A stretch of DNA of 24,000 nucleotides from Buttiauxella noackiae ATCC 51607. GTDB taxonomy: Bacteria; Pseudomonadota; Gammaproteobacteria; Enterobacterales; Enterobacteriaceae. Shown piece after piece: positions 18,787-24,000 of this stretch. The DNA is taken from the NCBI RefSeq assembly GCF_001654865.1, contig NZ_LXEO01000028.1:28914-52913 (forward strand), given 5' to 3'. Under the pieces are notes generated by a model that worked only from the letters and a program-made list of their open reading frames with translations, had not been told where the DNA came from and did not search any database. How positions within the stretch are numbered: position 1 is the stretch's first letter; each line of letters begins with the position of its first letter. The position numbers were made by a program, and so were the translations under genes.

Positions 18787-20100
18787 ATGATTGATTATAT
18801 TTTATCCCTCGGGGGCACGGTCTTCGTCCCCATCATCATGTTTATCATCGCGCTTGTTTTCCGTATCCCGTTTTTTCAGGCAGTGAAAGCTGGCGTCACT
18901 ATCGGCATTGGCTTTGTGGGAATGGGGCTGGTGATTGTCATGGCCATCGACAGCCTGAACCCAGCCATCAAACTCATGATCAACCGGTTCGGATTGCATT
19001 TACATCTGCTGGATGTAGGCGCAGGCCCCGCTTCTGGTGTTGGTTATGCAACGGCTGTCGGGGCGGTGGTGATCCCGGTCGTATTCTTGTTCAACATTGT
19101 GTTGCTGGTCACGCGCCTGACCAAAACCATGAACGTCGATATTTATAACTACTGGCATTACGCCATCACCGGCGCAATTGCCAATATTCTTACCGGCAGC
19201 ATGATCTATGGCGTGCTGGCTGCGCTATGCCATGCCGCACTGTCGCTGAAAATGGCCGATCTCACCGCCAGGCGTGTACAAAGCATTGTTGGTCTGGAGG
19301 GTATCTCTATTCCTCAGGGATGGGGCACCAGTTCAGTACCTATAGCGCTACTGTTGGAATGGGTCTATCAACGCATTCCGTTTATGAAAAATAACAACAT
19401 CGACGCCAGCGAAATCCAAAAACGTTTCGGCATGATTGGCGATCCGGTGATTATTGGCGTGATTCTGGGGATTATCTTTGGTCTGGCGGCAGGTTACGGA
19501 TTCAAGGATCTGGCGAGCCTGGTTATTACCGTAGCAGCCATTATGGTGCTGTTCCCACGCATGATCCGTCTGATTGTTGAAGGTTTGTTGCCCATTTCCG
19601 AGGGAGCACGCACCTTCTTGCAAAAACATTTTCATGGCCGCGAGTTTTATATCGGCCTGGACAGCGCCGTCACGCTAGGCCATCCCACCACCATTGCCGT
19701 GGGTCTGTTGTTGATCCCGATTATGCTCATCACCGCCGGTTTGCTTCCCGGTAACCAGGTGCTGCCACTGGCCGATCTTCCCGTTGCTCCCTTCTTTGTC
19801 TGTATGGCAACGGTAATCCACCGGGGAGATTTCCTGCGCACGCTGATCACCAGCTTCATCACCATGATTTTCGTGCTGCTGATCTCTACTCATTTTGCCC
19901 CGTACTTTACCCAAATGGCCGCGCAAGGTGGCTTCAGCCTGGCCAAAGATGGTTCGCAAATTACCGCATTATCTGTCGGTAACCCGTTTGGCTGGTCGAT
20001 TACCGAACTGGTCGGCATGGGTACGATTGGCGTCATTGTTTGCATTGGTATCACCGCACTGGTGGTCATTGGTCTGCGTAAACGCGAGTTGTCCGCCTGA
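18787..20100 (+). CDS. sgcC: PTS EIIC permease (galactitol/GatC family)
   Basis: The 437-aa polytopic ORF MIDYILSLGGTVFVPIIM... is colinear with E. coli SgcC and the same length. Confidence 0.9.
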   Translation: MIDYILSLGGTVFVPIIMFIIALVFRIPFFQAVKAGVTIGIGFVGMGLVIVMAIDSLNPAIKLMINRFGLHLHLLDVGAGPASGVGYATAVGAVVIPVVFLFNIVLLVTRLTKTMNVDIYNYWHYAITGAIANILTGSMIYGVLAALCHAALSLKMADLTARRVQSIVGLEGISIPQGWGTSSVPIALLLEWVYQRIPFMKNNNIDASEIQKRFGMIGDPVIIGVILGIIFGLAAGYGFKDLASLVITVAAIMVLFPRMIRLIVEGLLPISEGARTFLQKHFHGREFYIGLDSAVTLGHPTTIAVGLLLIPIMLITAGLLPGNQVLPLADLPVAPFFVCMATVIHRGDFLRTLITSFITMIFVLLISTHFAPYFTQMAAQGGFSLAKDGSQITALSVGNPFGWSITELVGMGTIGVIVCIGITALVVIGLRKRELSA

Positions 20101-20131
20101 TTTATCCCTTATTGAACAGGAGTAGTGAAAT

Positions 20132-20938
20132 ATGAGTTGGTTAAAAACTGTTATCGGTACTGAGAAAGCCGTTATTGCCATGTGCCATCTGCGCGCATTG
20201 CCTGGCGATCCGGGTTATGACAGCAAAAAAGGCATGAACTGGGTTATCGACAAAGCCCGCGATGATTTGATGGCGCTGCAAAACGGTGGCGTAGACGCCG
20301 TCATGTTCTCTAACGAGTTCAGCCTGCCCTATCTGACGCGCGTAAAAACGGAAACCACTGCCGCCATGGCGCGCGTTATCGGACAACTAATGGGCGAGAT
20401 TCGGGTGCCTTACGGGGTCAATGTGCTGTGGGATCCGGTTGCGTCGTTTGATCTGGCCATGGCCGTAGACGCTAAGTTTATTCGTGAAATCTTTACCGGT
20501 GCCTATGCCAGCGATTTCGGCGTCTGGGACACCAATGTCGGCGAAACTATCCGCCACCAGCACCGTATTGGCGCATCACACGTTAAAACCTTGTTCAACA
20601 TTGTGCCGGAAGCGGCTGTTTATCTGGGGAATCGGGATATTCGCGCTATCGCTAAGTCGACGGTGTTCAACAACCATCCAGATGCGTTGTGTGTTTCTGG
20701 CCTGACCGCTGGCAGCAAGACGGATTCCGCGCTGCTCAAAGTCGTGAAAGAGACGGTGCCAGATACCGTTGTTCTGGCCAATACCGGGGTCTGCCTGGAA
20801 AACGTGGAAGAGCAACTGGCGATAGCCGATGGTTGTGTGACCGCAACACATTTCAAAAAAGATGGGATATTTGACAACTTCGTCGATGAATCGCGGGTCG
20901 CACGCTTTATGGAGAAAGTGCATCAGCTAAGAGGGTAA
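20132..20938 (+). CDS. sgcQ: BtpA/SgcQ-family TIM-barrel protein of unknown function
   Basis: The 268-aa ORF has a caggag RBS. The sequence ...AMCHLRALPGDPGYD... and its position between sgcC and sgcA match E. coli SgcQ. Confidence 0.85.
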   Translation: MSWLKTVIGTEKAVIAMCHLRALPGDPGYDSKKGMNWVIDKARDDLMALQNGGVDAVMFSNEFSLPYLTRVKTETTAAMARVIGQLMGEIRVPYGVNVLWDPVASFDLAMAVDAKFIREIFTGAYASDFGVWDTNVGETIRHQHRIGASHVKTLFNIVPEAAVYLGNRDIRAIAKSTVFNNHPDALCVSGLTAGSKTDSALLKVVKETVPDTVVLANTGVCLENVEEQLAIADGCVTATHFKKDGIFDNFVDESRVARFMEKVHQLRG

Positions 20939-20979
20939 AACGAGGCCGTTTTACAACGGCCCCGACCGTCATCGCTAAC

Positions 20980-21028
20980 GGCCCGGTGCCTTCGCCAAAA
21001 GTATACCGGGCCTTTATTTATCGCTTTT
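20980..21028 (+). terminator. Possible intra-operon attenuator/partial terminator between sgcQ and sgcA
   Basis: An 8-bp GC-rich stem (ggcccggt ... accgggcc) with a 17-nt loop is followed by tttatttatcgctttt. A second small hairpin (ggccgtt-ttac-aacggcc) lies at 20944-20961. Confidence 0.3.
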
Positions 21029-21045
21029 ACATTACAGGTGTCAAT

Positions 21046-21498
21046 ATGCTGATACATCATTCCCAACAGGCCCAGGCCCGGAGAAAGGCATCAGGCTGGC
21101 AGCAGGCGGTTCAGATTGCACTTCAACCTCTCGAAGCCCTGGATTACATCACCAGCAGCTACTGCCAGGGCGTGATTGAAAATACCCTGCAATGGGGGCC
21201 TTACTATGTTATCGCGCCCGGAGTAGCCATGCCCCACGCCCGCCCGGAACAGGGTGCACGTGCGAATAGTATTGCCATTACAACCTTTGAGACGCCGGTC
21301 AGTTTCGGCCATGAAGACTGCGACCCGGTATGGTTAGTCATAGCCCTTAGCGCGACGGATGCGAATGCTCATCTGGAAACCATCCAGCGCATCACAACGT
21401 TGCTTGAAGACAGCGATCTGCTTGCCCGTCTTCAACAGGTAACTACCGATAATGAGCTTTTCCAGTTGATCAGCAACCCCACACTACAGGAGCACTAA
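21046..21498 (+). CDS. sgcA: PTS EIIA component (mannitol/fructose type-2 EIIA fold)
   Basis: MLIHHSQQAQARRKASGWQQAVQIA...GVAMPHARPEQG carries the phospho-His motif and is colinear with E. coli SgcA. I prefer the ATG at 21046 to the GTG at 20986, which would add 20 unconserved residues. Confidence 0.82.
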   Translation: MLIHHSQQAQARRKASGWQQAVQIALQPLEALDYITSSYCQGVIENTLQWGPYYVIAPGVAMPHARPEQGARANSIAITTFETPVSFGHEDCDPVWLVIALSATDANAHLETIQRITTLLEDSDLLARLQQVTTDNELFQLISNPTLQEH

Positions 21499-21500
21499 AT

Positions 21501-22133
21501 ATGCTCCATCTCCATCCATCCCTGGCTTCCGCCGACCCACTTACGCTTGGAGAAACGCTTTCATCGCTGGCCAGGCTGAAGATCAGTACCCTGCATATCG
21601 ATATTGAAGACACCAGCTTTATCAGCAACATAACCTTCGGGATGAAGACTATCAACGCCATCGCGCAGGCAACCCAACATCCCTTGTCATTTCACCTGAT
21701 GCTGGCGAATCCTCGCCCCTGGCTTGCATGGATTGCACCGCTCAACCCGGCATGGATTTTTCTGCACGTTGAAGCGCTGGCAAATCCGTCTGAAGACCTG
21801 GACGCTATCCGTCAAACCGGAGCCAAAGCAGGACTGGCATTCAACCCTGCCACACCCGTTGCCCATTACCGCTACCTGAATCAACAGCCTGATGGCCTGT
21901 TGATCATGACCAGCGAGCCGGACGGCAAAGGGCAACGCTTTATTCCGGCAGTTATAGATAAAGTGGCCGAAGCGGCGCGGTTATTTCCGCAAACTGAAAT
22001 CTGGGTGGATGGCGGTGTCGATCTCAGCGTTGCCCCCGCACTGATTCACGCGGGGGCTCACCATCTGGTACTGGGCCGCGCTATATTTGGCCATAGCGAT
22101 ATAACCCACGCACTGCGCCAATTTAAGGAGTAA
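21501..22133 (+). CDS. sgcE: Ribulose-phosphate 3-epimerase family protein SgcE
   Basis: The 210-aa ORF MLHLHPSLASADPL...LHIDIEDTSFI...TSEPDGKGQRFIP... is colinear with E. coli SgcE and the same length. It has a caggag RBS. Confidence 0.9.
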   Translation: MLHLHPSLASADPLTLGETLSSLARLKISTLHIDIEDTSFISNITFGMKTINAIAQATQHPLSFHLMLANPRPWLAWIAPLNPAWIFLHVEALANPSEDLDAIRQTGAKAGLAFNPATPVAHYRYLNQQPDGLLIMTSEPDGKGQRFIPAVIDKVAEAARLFPQTEIWVDGGVDLSVAPALIHAGAHHLVLGRAIFGHSDITHALRQFKE

Positions 22134-22137
22134 CGCT

Positions 22138-22902
22138 ATGAGCCAACAACGTAGTGAACGTATCGGCAATATCCTGCACTACCTCTGGCTACACCAGCAG
22201 CTTAGTATTCAACAGGCACATGAATTATTAAATTATGCCGATGCCACCCTGAGGCGCGATTTTAATTATATTGCGCTTCACTATCCGGGTATGGAGCGTT
22301 ATCACGGAGGGCTGCGCTTTAACGTCAATAGTGCGGATAAAGAATTTGTCTTCGATATGAAAAAGAATCTTAATATCGAGGCTAAAAAACAGATAGCGCT
22401 ACTGGCGAGACAGAAAATTCAGCCACATGATTTTATTATTCTCGATTCAGGAACCACCTGCCTCGAGCTGGCCAAAGTGCTGGAAATACCCGCGCGCGTG
22501 GTGACTACCGATGTCAACATTGCCCATCAAATGGCGCAAATGAGCCATCTCGAAAGTTATATTATCGGCGGCATGATCCGCCCTGGCTATTTTACCGTGG
22601 GAGAAAGCCTTGCCACGGATATGCTGAAAACCTTTACCGTCGACCAGGCTTTTATTTCTTGCGATGCATTATCGCTTGATGCCGGGATAACCAATGCCAC
22701 ACTGTTTGAAGTTGGCATTAAAAAAACCATTATCCAACGCGCTAAAAAAGTATTCTTGCTGGCAGACCACAGTAAATTCGAGCAAACCAACCCTTATAAC
22801 ATCAGTACCCTTTCATGCATTCACTGTGTGATAACCGATGAGCATCTTCCCGATTCGCTGTTTAAACGCTACCGTCAGGCGGGTGTTAATCTCATCCGTT
22901 AA
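22138..22902 (+). CDS. sgcR: DeoR-family transcriptional regulator of the sgc cluster
   Basis: The 254-aa ORF has an N-terminal HTH region and a C-terminal DeoR sugar-phosphate sensor domain (ILDSGTT..., ...FLLADHSKF). It occupies the last position of the cluster, as in E. coli. Confidence 0.85.
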   Translation: MSQQRSERIGNILHYLWLHQQLSIQQAHELLNYADATLRRDFNYIALHYPGMERYHGGLRFNVNSADKEFVFDMKKNLNIEAKKQIALLARQKIQPHDFIILDSGTTCLELAKVLEIPARVVTTDVNIAHQMAQMSHLESYIIGGMIRPGYFTVGESLATDMLKTFTVDQAFISCDALSLDAGITNATLFEVGIKKTIIQRAKKVFLLADHSKFEQTNPYNISTLSCIHCVITDEHLPDSLFKRYRQAGVNLIR

Positions 22903-23127
22903 CAGTCCATGGTAGATGATTGCCGTGCTGGTTTATTATGTCAGCCTGCACACCATGAACATTCACCTGTCGCACTCTGCTGCATTTACAACAATTTTGG
23001 TGTTAACCGCTCTATTTCAGATTGGTCATCAAATCATGGAGTATCCCATCTGCAAAAAAACAACAACACTACCTCGAGTATGAAAGGTATAATCCTGGCC
23101 ACGATTTGATTCTTTTAGACCACGAAC

Positions 23128-23667
23128 ATGACAAAACTCACATTGCAAGAGCAGATGCTGAAGGCTGGCTTAGTCAGCAGCAAAAAAATGGCCAAAGTTC
23201 AGAGAACGGCCAAAAAATCGCGAGTTCAGGCTCGTGAGGCACGCGAGGCTGTGGAAGAAAATAAAAAGGCGCAAATTGAGCGTGATAAAGAGCTGAGTGA
23301 ACAACAAAAGCAGGCTGCTTTATCCAGAGAATATAAAGCTCAGATCAAGCAGCTTATTGAAATGAACAGAATTGTTATTTCAAAAGGCGATATTGGCTAT
23401 AACTTCACAGATAATAATTTAATTAAAAAAATCTATGTGGACAAGGTTACTCAGACTCAATTAACCAATGGCCGCCTCGCTATTGCTCGTTTGATGACAG
23501 ATAAAAATCCTGATGGTGAATACGCGATTATTCCAGCAAGTGTTGCCGATAAAATTGCACAGCGTGATGCGAGCTATATCGTATTAAACAGTACTCTGAG
23601 CCCGGAAGCTCAAGACGAAGAAGACCCATATGCTGACTTTGTCGTGCCTGACGATTTGATGTGGTAG
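23128..23667 (+). CDS. yaiL: DUF2058-family protein YaiL
   Basis: The 179-aa ORF MTKLTLQEQMLKAGLVSSKK...DPYADFVVPDDLMW is colinear with E. coli YaiL. Confidence 0.88.
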   Translation: MTKLTLQEQMLKAGLVSSKKMAKVQRTAKKSRVQAREAREAVEENKKAQIERDKELSEQQKQAALSREYKAQIKQLIEMNRIVISKGDIGYNFTDNNLIKKIYVDKVTQTQLTNGRLAIARLMTDKNPDGEYAIIPASVADKIAQRDASYIVLNSTLSPEAQDEEDPYADFVVPDDLMW

Positions 23668-23738
23668 GGAAAGTTTCCAGGCTTTCTTCTGGCTTGGGCA
23701 GCTTTCAAATCCCAGCAAAACCAGAGCCCCTTTGAAAT

Positions 23739-23770
23739 ACGCTCCTCCGCCAAAGCTGGCTTAGGAGCGT
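23739..23770. terminator. Stem-loop between convergent yaiL and the C-S lyase gene (possible bidirectional terminator)
   Basis: The outer 8-bp stem acgctcct/aggagcgt encloses an inner gcca-aagc-tggc hairpin. The flanking T-runs are only moderate. Confidence 0.35.
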
Positions 23771-23786
23771 AATATTATGTTTGAAG

Positions 23787-24000
23787 TTACTGCGCACCAA
23801 TTCGCAGCAGCCCTTTAATGGCTTGCTCAAGATAGCTACGTGGGCAACCGAGATTCAGACGAATAAAACCGGAGCCTGCTGGACCAAAACCACTCCCCAT
23901 AGAAGGAGCAATACCGGCTATCTCAGTCATCACGTTCTTTAACTCATCATCGCTCAAGCCCAATGCACGGCAATCTATCCATATCAAATAGGTGCCTTGC
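23787..24000 (-). CDS. PLP-dependent C-S lyase / aminotransferase class I-II (MalY/PatB-like), C-terminal fragment; gene continues beyond the right edge
   Basis: The reading frame stays open to position 24000 (…QGTYLIWIDCRALGLSDDELKNVM…FIRLNLGCPRSYLEQAIKGL…). The YL-W-DCR and R-N-CPR blocks are typical of the C-terminal domain of MalY/PatB cystathionine beta-lyase-like enzymes. Confidence 0.65.
   Translation of the reverse strand, partial: QGTYLIWIDCRALGLSDDELKNVMTEIAGIAPSMGSGFGPAGSGFIRLNLGCPRSYLEQAIKGLLRIGAQ

Noticed and set aside
22945-22956. cctgcacaccat, which resembles the argW 3' end (cctgcaggggacaccat) with a 5-nt deletion. I considered it a possible attR bounding the sgc island.
   Set aside because: Only 6+6 nt match across a gap, which is easily expected by chance in 6 kb. 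It is mentioned only as something a proper repeat search could revisit.
22909-23237. Two overlapping ORFs (66 aa and 71 aa) in the sgcR-yaiL spacer.
   Set aside because: Neither has an RBS and both have odd compositions (Cys/His/Asn-rich). The second runs out of frame into yaiL. The region more likely holds the yaiL promoter, with a TATAAT at 23088-23093.
1-24000. I looked for CRISPR arrays, IS elements/transposases, integrases, toxin-antitoxin pairs, defence-system signatures and long direct or inverted repeats.
   Set aside because: I found no regularly spaced repeats, no terminal inverted repeats and no ORF with recombinase, nuclease or ATPase defence hallmarks. Every ORF over 90 aa that is not a shadow ORF is assignable to a known family.

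Overview
This is an Enterobacteriaceae chromosomal segment, related to but clearly diverged from E. coli K-12. Its backbone follows the K-12 aroC-prmB / smrB / sixA-fadJ-fadI / yfcZ / fadL / mlaA / yfdC / argW neighbourhood. Calls rest on reading the supplied translations against remembered E. coli proteins and on motifs visible in the sequence; no database search was possible. Relative to my memory of K-12 there are four differences. (1) smrB-sixA holds only a REP pair and a terminator, where K-12 carries the yfcOPQRSUV fimbrial operon. (2) fadL and mlaA are directly convergent, with no yfdF. (3) A complete ccmABCDEFGH cytochrome c maturation operon lies between mlaA and yfdC, with no nap genes in the window, and ccmH stops 19 bp before mlaA. 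(4) Downstream of an intact tRNA-Arg(CCU) argW, a known island hot spot, there is a 410-bp AT-rich spacer instead of a prophage. It is followed by a complete sgcX-B-C-Q-A-E-R orphan PTS cluster preceded by a perfect CRP consensus site, then yaiL and the 3' end of a MalY/PatB-like C-S lyase. I found no CRISPR array, transposase, integrase, toxin-antitoxin pair or unassignable multi-gene cassette, so no genuinely undescribed system is evident. The most interesting item is the sgc cluster, whose substrate is unknown, and its placement at argW. Next are the relocated ccm operon and a REP insertion that breaks its translational coupling.
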